A DNA stretch of 49,598 nucleotides, taken from positions 1-49,598 of the forward strand of contig JAMIGE010000033.1 of the NCBI GenBank assembly GCA_035905815.1. Direction: 5' to 3'. Both the position numbers and the translations under genes were made by a program. The DNA comes from Minisyncoccota bacterium. Lineage in GTDB: Bacteria > Patescibacteriota > Minisyncoccia > Phycocordibacterales > UBA5272. Position 1 is the stretch's first letter. The number at the start of each line of letters is the position of its first letter. Under the pieces are notes generated by a model, which did not search any database, was not told where the DNA came from, and saw nothing but the letters and a program-made list of their open reading frames with translations. Shown here one piece after another: positions 7,559-19,252 of the stretch.

Positions 7559-8827
7559 ATGCAAGTATTAGATACAATATTACACGCGATAATGTATCCA
7601 TTTATTTTTATATCTATATATTTCCAAGTTTTCATGCTGCTTAACTTTATGGGCGGTAGGGACAAAATGAAGAAGGAAGAAGAGGAAATGGATGAGAATT
7701 TTGAGCCGTCTGTTACATTCCTAGTGCCATGTTGGAATGAAGAAAAGACACTTGGTCCTACAATAGAATCTATATTGGGATTAAATTATGACAAGAGTAA
7801 ACTCAAAATCATTATTATTGATGATGGAAGTAAAGACAATACATATACCATTGCTAAAGGATTTGCAGAGGTAAATTCAAACATTATAGCAATCACCAAG
7901 GCAAATGGTGGCAAGCACACAGCTCTGAATGAGGGGTTAAGGCATGTAAATACTGACCTCGTTGCCTGCCTGGATGCAGATAGCTTCTTGCACCCTAATG
8001 CAATGATAGTGGCAGCTCAATATTTCAAAGATACAAACATCAAAGCTCTAGCTAGTTGTATGCAAATCAAGTTGCCAGTAGGGTCGTGGATACAGCGTAT
8101 ACAGCAGATCGAGTATATGATATCAGTGTTCTGGAGGAAGAGTTATTCTAATATCGATGCAGTGCAGGTGATGCCTGGCCCCTTTTCAGTATTTAGAAAG
8201 TCAGTCTTTGATGAGCTAGGTGATTATAAGCCAGCACATAATGCAGAAGATTTTGAAATGACACTGCGCCTCCATTATAATGGCTACAAAATTGCTAATG
8301 CTCACAAGGCATATGTATATACTGTAGGCCCTGATACTGTTAAAGGTCTTGTAAAGCAGAGAATTAGATGGGTGCGTGGATTCCTAGAAAATGCTTGGGA
8401 CTATCGCGAGATGTTCTTCAATAGTAAGTACGGTCATTTTGGAATATTCACTCTGCCGATCGGTATTGTATTCGTTTTTTATATTTTAATCGCAATTGCC
8501 TACGCGGTGCTAAGCTTCATCAAGGTAAATTATATGCGTATTTATGATTATACTTTGGTCGGATGGCATTGGCCTCGATTTCAATTTGAGCCATTTTATG
8601 TGAACACAGATACATTTCTATTTTTATCCATATTTGTATTCACATTGCTCGGGTGCGTGCTGTATGCTGCGCGCAATATTACAGAGAGTCGCGACGAATT
8701 TGTTCTCAACTTAGCGTTATATATTTTCGTGTATCCATTTATTGTCCCCTTCTTTATCTTCACAGCTGTATTTAAATTCTTAACTAATGCTAAGAATGTG
8801 TGGGCACTACAAGACAATAAGGCATAG
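7559..8827 (+). CDS. Family-2 glycosyltransferase, processive polysaccharide-synthase type (PgaC/IcaA/NodC-like)
   Basis: The protein contains FLVPCWNEE, IIIDDGSKDNT, LDADS and the Q-x-x-R-W motif (QRIRW). TM helices flank the catalytic domain. Confidence 0.8.
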   Translation: MQVLDTILHAIMYPFIFISIYFQVFMLLNFMGGRDKMKKEEEEMDENFEPSVTFLVPCWNEEKTLGPTIESILGLNYDKSKLKIIIIDDGSKDNTYTIAKGFAEVNSNIIAITKANGGKHTALNEGLRHVNTDLVACLDADSFLHPNAMIVAAQYFKDTNIKALASCMQIKLPVGSWIQRIQQIEYMISVFWRKSYSNIDAVQVMPGPFSVFRKSVFDELGDYKPAHNAEDFEMTLRLHYNGYKIANAHKAYVYTVGPDTVKGLVKQRIRWVRGFLENAWDYREMFFNSKYGHFGIFTLPIGIVFVFYILIAIAYAVLSFIKVNYMRIYDYTLVGWHWPRFQFEPFYVNTDTFLFLSIFVFTLLGCVLYAARNITESRDEFVLNLALYIFVYPFIVPFFIFTAVFKFLTNAKNVWALQDNKA

Positions 8828-8829
8828 TA

Positions 8830-8858
8830 TTGACTATTTATAGTTGCCATAGTATGAT
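8830..8858 (+). promoter_or_regulatory. Promoter TTGACT-17-TATGAT for the small membrane ORF
   Basis: TTGACT is at 8830-8835 and TATGAT at 8853-8858. Confidence 0.5.
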
Positions 8859-8893
8859 AAACACGTTTTAGTTTATTTGAAAGGTGGAATTAT

Positions 8894-9007
8894 ATGGCTT
8901 CAATTTTTGGATTCGTATTACTTGGAATTGTAATCATAATCCTAGCTTGGAAGACTGTAGAGCGGTGGCTCCTGTCTTTCAAGAAGGAGCGTAACAAGGA
9001 CGAGTAG
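8894..9007 (+). CDS. 37-aa single-pass membrane micro-protein
   Basis: My own translation gives MASIFGFVLLGIVIIILAWKTVERWLLSFKKERNKDE. It is preceded by AAAGGTGG and has its own promoter. It is below the track cutoff. Confidence 0.4.
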   Translation: MASIFGFVLLGIVIIILAWKTVERWLLSFKKERNKDE

Positions 9008-9106
9008 CATCATTTGGTACTAAAAGCACTCGAAATATCCCAGACATCTGTCTAAAAACAGTGCTGGGTGTCGGGCCAGTTCTTTCAAATCAAAAGGAAA
9101 TAAATT

Positions 9107-9895
9107 TTGAATCAATCACAAAATGCCGTCATGAGTGACGACGGCCTGTACGCATACGGGGAATTGGAGTCAAGCTACGGCTACTTGTCGGACTACAAAC
9201 CAATGCGAGGCGCATCATTTGAAACAATGCTCGCAGACCTAGAAAGGCAAGCAAAGGTTCTTGACTCTTTCTTTGGAGTCAGTACCAAGTTCGACATTGA
9301 CTTCGCAAGAAAGATTTGGGGCAATTTGCCATCATGGGTTGAAAAGCTGTTTCTGTCTATCGATAAAAATGTACTCGCGCCTGATTACAATCAGGAATTG
9401 CAAGCCTGTTTGAATGCTCTAAAGCAAACCAGAGACAGTGAATTCTACAACTACCGTGAATGTGAGCTTGGTCCTGATCAGCTCCGTCAGTCTGAGCGTT
9501 CAGTACTGCACGAGGAAAGGCTAGCAGCAATGCAAAAGCCTTTTAAATTGATTGTTGAGCCTGGCAACTTTGGTGTACGATGGCCGATCGATGGTACAAA
9601 TAACCACATAACTGCTTCAGTTCGTCGAGCGCTTATAAAGATGGCTCAAAATGAATCAGGTACTGGTGCAAAGAAAGTAAGCACATGGCTCATGACTCAT
9701 CCTGGGCGTCTCCGGCACTTCAGTGATCTTTGGATTGATTGCGGTGGTGACGAGTTTGCTCCGCTTGCCGATAGCGACTTCTCGATGTCTCCGTACTTCG
9801 GGTTCTGTGGCCCCGGGGTCGAGTTAGACGCCACCGATGTTGATAGTCCTGACGGTAGTTTTGGTTTGGCTTCGGTGTGTCTTCCGCAAGGCTAG
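9107..9895 (+). CDS. Hypothetical protein, GC-richer; contains a GGDEF pentapeptide
   Basis: A 262-aa ORF with a TTG start; an alternative ATG is at 9131. DLWIDCGGDEFAPL falls at nt 9743-9757 and FDIDFARKI at aa 62-70. No full domain recognised. Confidence 0.55.
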   Translation: MNQSQNAVMSDDGLYAYGELESSYGYLSDYKPMRGASFETMLADLERQAKVLDSFFGVSTKFDIDFARKIWGNLPSWVEKLFLSIDKNVLAPDYNQELQACLNALKQTRDSEFYNYRECELGPDQLRQSERSVLHEERLAAMQKPFKLIVEPGNFGVRWPIDGTNNHITASVRRALIKMAQNESGTGAKKVSTWLMTHPGRLRHFSDLWIDCGGDEFAPLADSDFSMSPYFGFCGPGVELDATDVDSPDGSFGLASVCLPQG

Positions 9896-9958
9896 AACTC
9901 CTACTTTGGGATCTTGAGTCTTTTGCAAAAAGACTCTTGCTTTATCCTTGAACCTTCT

Positions 9959-10001
9959 GAGGGTTTGTTAAATTTACTTTTAGCAAACCCTCTTTTATTT
10001 T
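9959..10001 (+). terminator. Intrinsic terminator
   Basis: GAGGGTTTG (9959-9967) pairs with CAAACCCTC (9984-9992), followed by TTTTATTTT. A second hairpin lies at 9916-9936. Confidence 0.7.
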
Positions 10002-10035
10002 GTCAGAAAATGTAGTCATGATATAATATTAATAT

Positions 10036-11346
10036 ATGAAGAAGACTATTTTAATTACTGGAGGCGCAGGATATGTAGGCGCTATGCTATGTGATCAGTT
10101 TGCCAAGCGTGATGATATAGAAACTATAATTGCAATAGACAAAGAGCCCGAAACCGAACTTACTCTTAATAATCAAAACAAACATAAAATAATATATATA
10201 CAATCTAATTTATCTGATGAAGTCGTGGCAAGTGTGAGGGTGGGAGATGTCATAGACACCCTGGCGCATGATGGTAAATTACATAATCATTTAACTCATA
10301 ATGATAAAATGAGGCAAGAGCTTTCTCATTCTGATCCTAGTAAAGCCGTAGAGGTAGCCGATACCTGGGAAAGTGTTGCGATTAAATACAAGCCTACAAT
10401 TGTAATACATACCGCTTGGCAAATTCGCGAAATATATGGTGATAGACCGCTGTCATATAAATGGAATATTGATGGCTCGGATAGAGTATTCGATTATGCA
10501 TTCAATTTTAAGAATAAGTTTTCTGATAATTTAAATAATGGAGTAGAGAAGATGATTTACTTTAGCACAGTAGCATCATACGGGGCATTTGCTGATAACA
10601 AAATGGATTACTTTTTCAAAGAGTCCGATAAATTTAGAGAGACAAAATATTTATATGCAGAAGAGAAGCGCTGGACAGAGGAGCATTTAGAGAAAAAGTA
10701 TGCACACTATCTCACAACTATATCAAGTGCTGATGCTGTAGGTAAAAGCTCGCATAATCATAATGCAGATACTGTATCTGCACAGTCTAATTCAAATAGT
10801 AAAGTGCAAGTATTCATACTTCGCCCTGCAGCTATCACAGGGCCAAGAGGCAGATATGATCGTATACGTTTTGGCTTACAAAGTGCTTTGGCAGGGAATT
10901 TAGATAAAAGCTTTGTAAATAGAATAGTGACAGCACTTACTAGCTTTGTACCTGTAACACCAAAATGGCTTCGCCAATTTATACATGAGGATGATGTGAC
11001 TGATATCGTAGCGCTACTAGGACTAGATGACAGTGTGAAGGGCGACTACGAAGTATTTAATATTTGCCCTCCAGGAGAGACAGTACGCGGTGCTGATATG
11101 GCAAAGGCAGTAGGTAAAAGTATGGTAATGATACATCCATATATGGCGCGGGCTGCATTCTTCGTACTTTGGCATTTGTCCAGGGGTAAAATACCAACAG
11201 GAGAAGGTGCTTGGAAAGGCTACAGCTACCCAATTGCTGTGACTGGCGAAAAGCTTACCACTCAGTATGGATATGTGTACAAGTATAAATCCAAAGACGC
11301 ATTCAAAGACAATGAAGGCAGATACAAAGTTATTTTAAATAATTAG
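10036..11346 (+). CDS. NAD-dependent epimerase/dehydratase (extended SDR) with insertions
   Basis: The N-terminus ITGGAGYVG is a GxxGxxG motif. YAEEK is the Y-x-x-x-K motif. TGaTATAAT (-10 at 10022-10027) lies 8 nt before the ATG. Confidence 0.75.
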   Translation: MKKTILITGGAGYVGAMLCDQFAKRDDIETIIAIDKEPETELTLNNQNKHKIIYIQSNLSDEVVASVRVGDVIDTLAHDGKLHNHLTHNDKMRQELSHSDPSKAVEVADTWESVAIKYKPTIVIHTAWQIREIYGDRPLSYKWNIDGSDRVFDYAFNFKNKFSDNLNNGVEKMIYFSTVASYGAFADNKMDYFFKESDKFRETKYLYAEEKRWTEEHLEKKYAHYLTTISSADAVGKSSHNHNADTVSAQSNSNSKVQVFILRPAAITGPRGRYDRIRFGLQSALAGNLDKSFVNRIVTALTSFVPVTPKWLRQFIHEDDVTDIVALLGLDDSVKGDYEVFNICPPGETVRGADMAKAVGKSMVMIHPYMARAAFFVLWHLSRGKIPTGEGAWKGYSYPIAVTGEKLTTQYGYVYKYKSKDAFKDNEGRYKVILNN

Positions 11347-11483
11347 GCTGTTTGCGCTTGGCAATATTTGCAGTTTGTAGTTGAATATTGTAGGATGATG
11401 TAAACGCTCTTTAAAGTATAACTACTATATGATAGTGCTTAATCGAGCTGATACAACTTTAAATCAAAATTGGAAGGTATATT

Positions 11484-12392
11484 ATGTCTAGAAATAATTC
11501 CAAAAGTGCAATGCTTGGAAAAGTTATGCAGTGTCTAGTCGCAATGTCGTCTGGGGACTTACGAGTCTTACTTTTCATAGTCAAAGCTCTGGCGAGTAAA
11601 AAGGGTAAAGAACTCTATGAGCTTCGGCAAGGACTGTTAGAGATTGTAGACCCAGAAGATGATGGCACTCAAGAAGCCTCAGTGACTGCAGAACAAACTC
11701 CAAAAGCGGCTGATATCAATCGAACCACTAGCGCTAACCCAAATGCGTCTTGTCCAAATGGTAAGTCGAGACCTTCAACTCGCGGAATAGATGCTTCTAC
11801 TGCCATACCCAACGATTCAGATTCTCGAAAGGGTAAGAATGAAGGAAAAGTAGAAGCTGCCCCATTTAGAAAAGTTAAAGTTGACGATAGCGTTGTCGTT
11901 TTTTCGCGAAAAGAAGTCGCTGATAATGTTTCAGCGGCTCTTAATCTAAAAAGGGATAATAATTATCAACTGCCTCAATTTATTACGGGTAATGGTGTAG
12001 CTTTTTCATTTCATTACAACTACTCTGAGTATTGTGGTGGTGTAGAAGAGAACAAAAAGGCGGCGGTAGGGTCCTTAACCACTGAGACACCTTTCAATTA
12101 CCGTGATTGTGAAAGGCTTGTTTCTGGAGATAAGAAGGTCTCAATCGATGTCGGCCTCTCTGGGCTCTTGGGATATTTAATATCTCTCGGTGGCCAAGCT
12201 GAAGTTACTCGCTATTTTGCATATCATAAACAAGATGGCGGCCAAGGAGGCAGATTGTTCAGGGCTGTGCGATGTCATGATGGTACTCCAGACCCAAAGA
12301 TTACTTATGTTATTACTCATCTTCCTGTTGATTATGTAATAGAAAGCGGCAGTAAAATCTTATTTTTGCCTGATATGCATATAAGCAATTAA
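11484..12392 (+). CDS. Hypothetical protein, GC-richer
   Basis: A 302-aa ORF preceded by GGAAGG. No motif recognised. Confidence 0.55.
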   Translation: MSRNNSKSAMLGKVMQCLVAMSSGDLRVLLFIVKALASKKGKELYELRQGLLEIVDPEDDGTQEASVTAEQTPKAADINRTTSANPNASCPNGKSRPSTRGIDASTAIPNDSDSRKGKNEGKVEAAPFRKVKVDDSVVVFSRKEVADNVSAALNLKRDNNYQLPQFITGNGVAFSFHYNYSEYCGGVEENKKAAVGSLTTETPFNYRDCERLVSGDKKVSIDVGLSGLLGYLISLGGQAEVTRYFAYHKQDGGQGGRLFRAVRCHDGTPDPKITYVITHLPVDYVIESGSKILFLPDMHISN

Positions 12393-12420
12393 AAGTATTT
12401 AGCTGTAAATCTTAAATTAA

Positions 12421-12449
12421 AAACCCTTCTTTTGAAGGGTTTTCTCTTT
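12421..12449 (+). terminator. Intrinsic terminator
   Basis: AAACCCTTC-TTTT-GAAGGGTTT is followed by TCTCTTT. Confidence 0.8.
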
Positions 12450-12530
12450 GCTTCGATTTGGCTTAATAACAGCAAATTAAGTATTTTTAGCTATATTTGT
12501 GACACTATATTTGTGAGGCAGAGTAGGGAT

Positions 12531-12559
12531 TTGACTTTATATTTTAAATAGTATATAAT
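12531..12559 (+). promoter_or_regulatory. rRNA promoter TTGACT-17-TATAAT
   Basis: TTGACT is at 12531-12536 and TATAAT at 12554-12559, about 130 nt upstream of the 16S gene. Confidence 0.65.
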
Positions 12560-12686
12560 AGTCTTCACGTTCATTGAAAGCAGAATATGATGCATTAATG
12601 CAAATCTACTGCTCGATTATTACTTAAAAGATAATCGAGCATATTAAAGACAAAATAAGTAAGAAAATTTATTTTGTCTTCCTTTT

Positions 12687-14213
<1,527 letters not shown>

Positions 14214-14492
14214 TTGGACCGCCCATTATATTTATATAATAGAGGCAAGGCGATACATACTTCGGTATGGATATATGTTTATGAGTATCATTTAAACTCA
14301 TCGCGCTACAGCGAAAGTTAGCAAAAGACCTGAAAGATGGCTAGAAAGGAAGACAAAATAAATCAGCTTACTTATTCTAAATCAGAATATGTAAAATTGT
14401 TTGTTAAGATTTTCATTATATGCAACACAACCCGCTTAGGCGGGATTTTAATTTATTTTTGCAAAAGTCAGTCAATGTGTATCTAGTATATA

Positions 14493-14528
14493 AATATAAA
14501 AACAGCCTCACAAATTAATATGAGGCTG
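14493..14528 (-). terminator. Intrinsic terminator of the lipoprotein gene
   Basis: CAGCCTCA (14503-10) pairs with TGAGGCTG (14521-28). The A-run on the plus strand gives a U-run on the minus strand. Confidence 0.7.
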
Positions 14529-14551
14529 ATAGCATCATGCTGTAGTTGTTG

Positions 14552-15493
14552 CTATTTACGGCTACTACTACGCGATGATGACGAGGAGGAGGATGATGAC
14601 GAGCGTGAACTACTGGGGCTGCTCTTTACAGAGTAGGATCCTGAGCTATACCCGCTCCCTGATGTTTTACTCGCATAGCCGCTACTTGGTGCCGACTGCG
14701 AGAACTTTGAGGTCGTGGCTCCCGCGGGCGGGCTCGCTACGGCAGCAGATTTTGCTGCCGTCGACGGGGGGACTCCGAATTTCGTCGGGTCCACGCCATT
14801 TACGCCTTTGACATTCACACTGCCGGACTTGTAGTCAGACTTGGTCTTGTTCATGTCTGCATAATTGCTTGACGAAGGGGATTTTCCAAGTGAACTTGGT
14901 GGCAGCGACTTCTGCACATTTGCATATGCTGCAGAAGCGCCAGGATTCGGTGGAGCTGCTACAACAGGTTGACTGCGTGACCAATCTGCGCGTGGCAATG
15001 CCGCGCCGACTGGAGCGCTGCGATTGTTTGCCCACTGGGTTGCGATATATGCCGCAGTTGCAGCTGTTGCTGCAGCGACGAACATTTCGCCTCCGCTGAA
15101 GCCGCTGCTGCCACTGGCCTGTTGGCCTGTTGCTGCTTGCTGCTGCATTGGCATGCTTACGCATTTGCCGACACCATTTTGAGCTTCGCACGCAGACAGT
15201 GTGGGCGAGCCCTGAACTTTGCCTGTACTCATTTGTGTGAGCATGGCCGAACAGGTCTCCTCTTCCATGCCTTGGGCCTTACAGCCATTAATGAGCGCAA
15301 TGTTTGCATTCATTTCAGATTGTTTGGCGATTTGTGCCTGCTGCTGTGCGACTTGCGCCTGTTGCTGCGCCAATTGCTCTTTGAGTTGTGCGTTCGTTGG
15401 GCCCGGATCGCTGCAACCGCCAAGTGCGAATAGAGCGGCAATGCTAAGGGCAGCCAACATGGCAGCCAAGTTAACCTTCAAAAAAGTCTTCAT
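14552..15493 (-). CDS. Lipoprotein with a Gln-rich coiled segment and a poly-Ser/Arg tail
   Basis: The signal peptide carries the lipobox LGGC. The sequence QLAQQQAQVAQQQAQIAKQ is present. The C-terminus is SSSRSSSSSSSSSSRSSSRK. The gene is GC-rich, and GAAGGA lies 6 nt before the ATG. Confidence 0.7.
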   Translation of the reverse strand: MKTFLKVNLAAMLAALSIAALFALGGCSDPGPTNAQLKEQLAQQQAQVAQQQAQIAKQSEMNANIALINGCKAQGMEEETCSAMLTQMSTGKVQGSPTLSACEAQNGVGKCVSMPMQQQAATGQQASGSSGFSGGEMFVAAATAATAAYIATQWANNRSAPVGAALPRADWSRSQPVVAAPPNPGASAAYANVQKSLPPSSLGKSPSSSNYADMNKTKSDYKSGSVNVKGVNGVDPTKFGVPPSTAAKSAAVASPPAGATTSKFSQSAPSSGYASKTSGSGYSSGSYSVKSSPSSSRSSSSSSSSSSRSSSRK

Positions 15494-15690
15494 TTCTATC
15501 CTTCAAAAAATGTGTGAAAATGAACAAATGTTCAAATTGCATTATAATGCATAATTTAAATATTGTCAAGTGCCATCGGCAAGCCTCTATATATTACATA
15601 CTAAACTTATATTCAAAATTAAAGGGGCTCGTATATAATTTCGCTAATTGTCAAATTTATATTTGTATATATGAATGATATAATTAAGTA

Positions 15691-16788
15691 ATGACAACAA
15701 TCAAAGTGGTAAAGGATTATAATTTAGTAGATTGTAGTACATTTCGTACTGATACTATAGCTCGTAATTATGTAGAAGTGCAAACCGAAGAGGATGTAAT
15801 GGAGGTGATAGAGTATGCCAAGCAGAATGATCTGCGCATTCATGTACTGAGTGGCGGGTCTAATACAATATTTGGTGGTAATCTGGAGGGTTATCTAATT
15901 GTTAAAAATAATATAATGGGTATACAAATTACTGATGGTGAGAGTACAGATTCCGAATCTGTAGAGGTACGTGTAGGGGCGGGGGAGAATTGGGACGGAT
16001 TCGTAAGCTGGTGCTGCGAGGGCTGGCTTGGCGGACTAGAGAATCTATCATATATACCCGGGTCAGTAGGTGCTGCACCTGTACAGAATATAGGTGCATA
16101 CGGTGTAGAGTTATCCAGCGCAATTACAAGTGTAGAGTGTATAGATACTAAAAGTGGTGACAAACTTATAATTGCTAGAGGTGATTGTAAATTCGAATAT
16201 AGAAGTAGTATATTTAAGACGAACAAGTCGCTTATAATTACATATGCAAATTTTAAACTGCATAATTTAAAACGTAATTTAAAAATGAATCACGTGCTAG
16301 ATAATAATAGTAGTTACAAATTCAAATTATCATATGGCGAACTAGCGAAGCTTAATACTGATGCAATTGATATAATGAAAGTAAGAGAAGCTGTAATTAG
16401 TATTAGGTCTGCCAAGTTGCCAGATTGGCATAAAGTTAGAAATGCTGGAAGCTTTTTCAATAATCCAATAATTGCAATAGAAGATTATAAAATGCTAAGT
16501 GATAAATTGGCGTCACAGTATAAAATATCAGAACTGCCATGCTATTCATATAATGGCACTAGTGTAAAAGTGCCTGCCGGATTCCTAATTGACAAGCTAG
16601 TGAATAAAAAGCAAAGCCCAGATGGTAGCGTGTATCTGTGGCCTAGTCAGAATTTAGTAATATGTGCGAGTCCCTCAGCAGAGCTGCATGACATAGTGAA
16701 TTATTACAATTATATAATTAGTGAGATAGAGCGTATCACTGGTATAGTGCTGATACCAGAGGTCAATATGATCGGCATCAAGCAATAG
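15691..16788 (+). CDS. murB: UDP-N-acetylenolpyruvoylglucosamine reductase
   Basis: Contains the FAD-binding LSGGSNTIFGG motif, RSSIFK and NAGSFFNNP. TGaTATAAT (-10 at 15679-15684) lies 6 nt before the ATG. Confidence 0.85.
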   Translation: MTTIKVVKDYNLVDCSTFRTDTIARNYVEVQTEEDVMEVIEYAKQNDLRIHVLSGGSNTIFGGNLEGYLIVKNNIMGIQITDGESTDSESVEVRVGAGENWDGFVSWCCEGWLGGLENLSYIPGSVGAAPVQNIGAYGVELSSAITSVECIDTKSGDKLIIARGDCKFEYRSSIFKTNKSLIITYANFKLHNLKRNLKMNHVLDNNSSYKFKLSYGELAKLNTDAIDIMKVREAVISIRSAKLPDWHKVRNAGSFFNNPIIAIEDYKMLSDKLASQYKISELPCYSYNGTSVKVPAGFLIDKLVNKKQSPDGSVYLWPSQNLVICASPSAELHDIVNYYNYIISEIERITGIVLIPEVNMIGIKQ

Positions 16789-16800
16789 TATATATAAGCA

Positions 16801-19047
16801 CTACTTGTTGGGCCAAGGAGTGACCATTAGCAGGTCATCAGATTCGCGCTTGACTATATCCCATAATTCTTCTGTTACGAAAGGCATAAATGGATGCACT
16901 ACTATTAAATTCTCACGCAGTAGTGTAAATAGTAGCTTCATGCGTGATGGTGAAGGGTTCTCTGCTGCCTTACCAAATAGATTCAAGTGCTTTTTACTGT
17001 CCTCAATTATTGTGTCACATAGTGTGTGCCAGAAATAGTCATACACTTTCTCACTAGCTAGATGCAGCTTATAATTTTCGATATCATTTGTAATCTCTGC
17101 ACATTTATCTTGCCAAGCCGTGTATATAGCTTGATCCTCATCAGTGTATTTGATGCTTTCATCATATGGATTCTGCTCTTTGGCATCTGTGATGAATCTG
17201 GTAGCATTCCATATCTTGTTGGCGAACTTTTTATACGCGCCCACCTTCTTGGGGTCTAGGTTCATGTCTACACCCGGAGCATTATTAACAATTAATCCCA
17301 TACGCAAGGCATCAGTACCGTATTCTTCTGATATTTCAAGCGGTGATATTACATTGCCTTTGCTCTTGCTCATCTTCTTTCCTTTTGCATCACGCACTAG
17401 GCCATGTAGATATACATCCTTGAATGGCACATCACCCGTCAGGTAAAGTCCAAACATTATCATGCGCGCAACCCAGAAGAATAGTATATCTGCACCAGTT
17501 TCCATAAGTGCAGTGGGGTAATACTTTTTGAAATCGCTACTATCTGGATATCCTGTGGTCACTAGCGGCCATTGTCCAGATGAGAACCATGTGTCAAATG
17601 TGTCAGTCTCTGGCCTTAATAGCGAGTTACATGATTTACAATTTACTAGAGTGTTGTCTATATCTACATATCCACTATCGCACCCATCACAAATTTTAGC
17701 CGGTATAGGTATACCCCACACAATTTGACGACTAATATTCCAATCCTGAATATTACTCATCCAGTGGCGGAATATTTTGTCATGCTGCTCTGTTAATATA
17801 TTTACACGCTTATCATTCAGTGCTTGTATAGCTGCCTCAGCCAAAGGCTTCATAGTTACGAACCATTGAGCTTTGACTTGGGGTTCGATTTCTCTTTCAC
17901 ATTTGTAACATACTGATACCTCGTGACTGTAGTCATTGTCCACCTTAACCAGTAATCCCTTTTGATCAAGCTTTTCGATTATCATTGCTCTGGCATCCTT
18001 AATATTCATACCAGCAAATTCGCCAGCGATTGGTAGTAGCTTGCCACGCTCATCAATGACTTGTTCTATATCTAGATTATGCCTCTTGGCAATTTCAAAG
18101 TCTACACCAGAGTGCCAAGGTGTAATAGTCATAACTCCAGAGCCAAACTCTGGGTCACTCGCTGTGTCCTTGATAATAGTAGCCTCTATCGGACCATTAA
18201 TCCATTCTAAAGTTAGTTTATCTCCATGCTTGTACTCTGCGTATCTGCTATCATCTGGATGCATTACTACATATTTGTCGCCAAATTTAGTCTCAGGTCT
18301 TACTGTCCCAATTGTAAAGGGCCCATATTTGAAATAGTAAAATGGATCCTTACGAGTTTGATGATCTGTCTCTAGATTTGATAAGCTGGTCTGATGCTTG
18401 GGACACCAGTTCACAATCCTTTTCCCTCTATATAACAGGCCATCGGTATCCAGCTTTTTAAATGTATTATACACAGTAGACACTACTTTATCATCCAGTG
18501 TGAACATGGACCTAGACCAGTCACAACTAGCACCTAATTGCCTTAGCTGCCCCTCCATAAATGACTTATTAGATAAAGTAAAGTCTAATATCTCTTTGTA
18601 TAATTCCTCACGAGAAAGGTCGAATCTAGACCTACCTTGCTTTTCTAATACCTTTTCATATACTACCTGTGTTTCGAATCCAGCATGGTCAGATCCTGGT
18701 AGCCATAGTGCTCGCTTGCCTGCCATCCTGTGATATCTGATCAATATATCCTGAATCGTGACGAATAGTCCGTGACCAGCATGCAGTGATCCATTCGCGT
18801 TTGGTGGCGGCATAACTATTGTGTATGTTTTGTCTTGACCTATCATTTCAGAGTGAACTGCATCTGAAATCGCTTTAGTATTGTATTCGTCCCCCAGCTT
18901 ATACTTTTGAATTAATTCATTTGGCAAATTATCTGGGTTAAAATATCCGCTGTTTTGCCATTTATCGTAAATTTTGCTCTCAACTTCATTGTGATTATAT
19001 GGCTTGGTAAGCTTTTCTAATTTGGACTTTTGATCATTGTTATTCAT
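16801..19047 (-). CDS. valS: Valyl-tRNA synthetase (short form, 748 aa)
   Basis: Contains PPPNANGSLHAGHG (the HIGH region) and KMSKSKGN. There is no long C-terminal coiled coil. Confidence 0.85.
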   Translation of the reverse strand: MNNNDQKSKLEKLTKPYNHNEVESKIYDKWQNSGYFNPDNLPNELIQKYKLGDEYNTKAISDAVHSEMIGQDKTYTIVMPPPNANGSLHAGHGLFVTIQDILIRYHRMAGKRALWLPGSDHAGFETQVVYEKVLEKQGRSRFDLSREELYKEILDFTLSNKSFMEGQLRQLGASCDWSRSMFTLDDKVVSTVYNTFKKLDTDGLLYRGKRIVNWCPKHQTSLSNLETDHQTRKDPFYYFKYGPFTIGTVRPETKFGDKYVVMHPDDSRYAEYKHGDKLTLEWINGPIEATIIKDTASDPEFGSGVMTITPWHSGVDFEIAKRHNLDIEQVIDERGKLLPIAGEFAGMNIKDARAMIIEKLDQKGLLVKVDNDYSHEVSVCYKCEREIEPQVKAQWFVTMKPLAEAAIQALNDKRVNILTEQHDKIFRHWMSNIQDWNISRQIVWGIPIPAKICDGCDSGYVDIDNTLVNCKSCNSLLRPETDTFDTWFSSGQWPLVTTGYPDSSDFKKYYPTALMETGADILFFWVARMIMFGLYLTGDVPFKDVYLHGLVRDAKGKKMSKSKGNVISPLEISEEYGTDALRMGLIVNNAPGVDMNLDPKKVGAYKKFANKIWNATRFITDAKEQNPYDESIKYTDEDQAIYTAWQDKCAEITNDIENYKLHLASEKVYDYFWHTLCDTIIEDSKKHLNLFGKAAENPSPSRMKLLFTLLRENLIVVHPFMPFVTEELWDIVKRESDDLLMVTPWPNK

Positions 19048-19252
19048 ATATAAATAATATCATATTTGCACCCATAATCCAAAGGTAACTTGAAATACAA
19101 TTTATAGATGTGCTATACATTTCAGAAGATTTAGGCATTGATCGCCATAAACAGGCGGTCTTAGTTTACTATTGCTATTTACCTACTTATATGTTAATCT
19201 TAGCCCAGTTGTACATTCGTACACATCAATGCAAATAAGGGAGATACAAACG

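Noticed and set aside
14575-15554. Plus-strand ORFs 14575..14811, 14869..15099, 15122..15433 and 15219..15554, and the minus-strand ORF 14835..15191.
   Set aside because: They are antisense or out of frame within the GC-rich lipoprotein gene. Such frames stay open by composition. The 313-aa frame has the signal peptide, lipobox, RBS and terminator.
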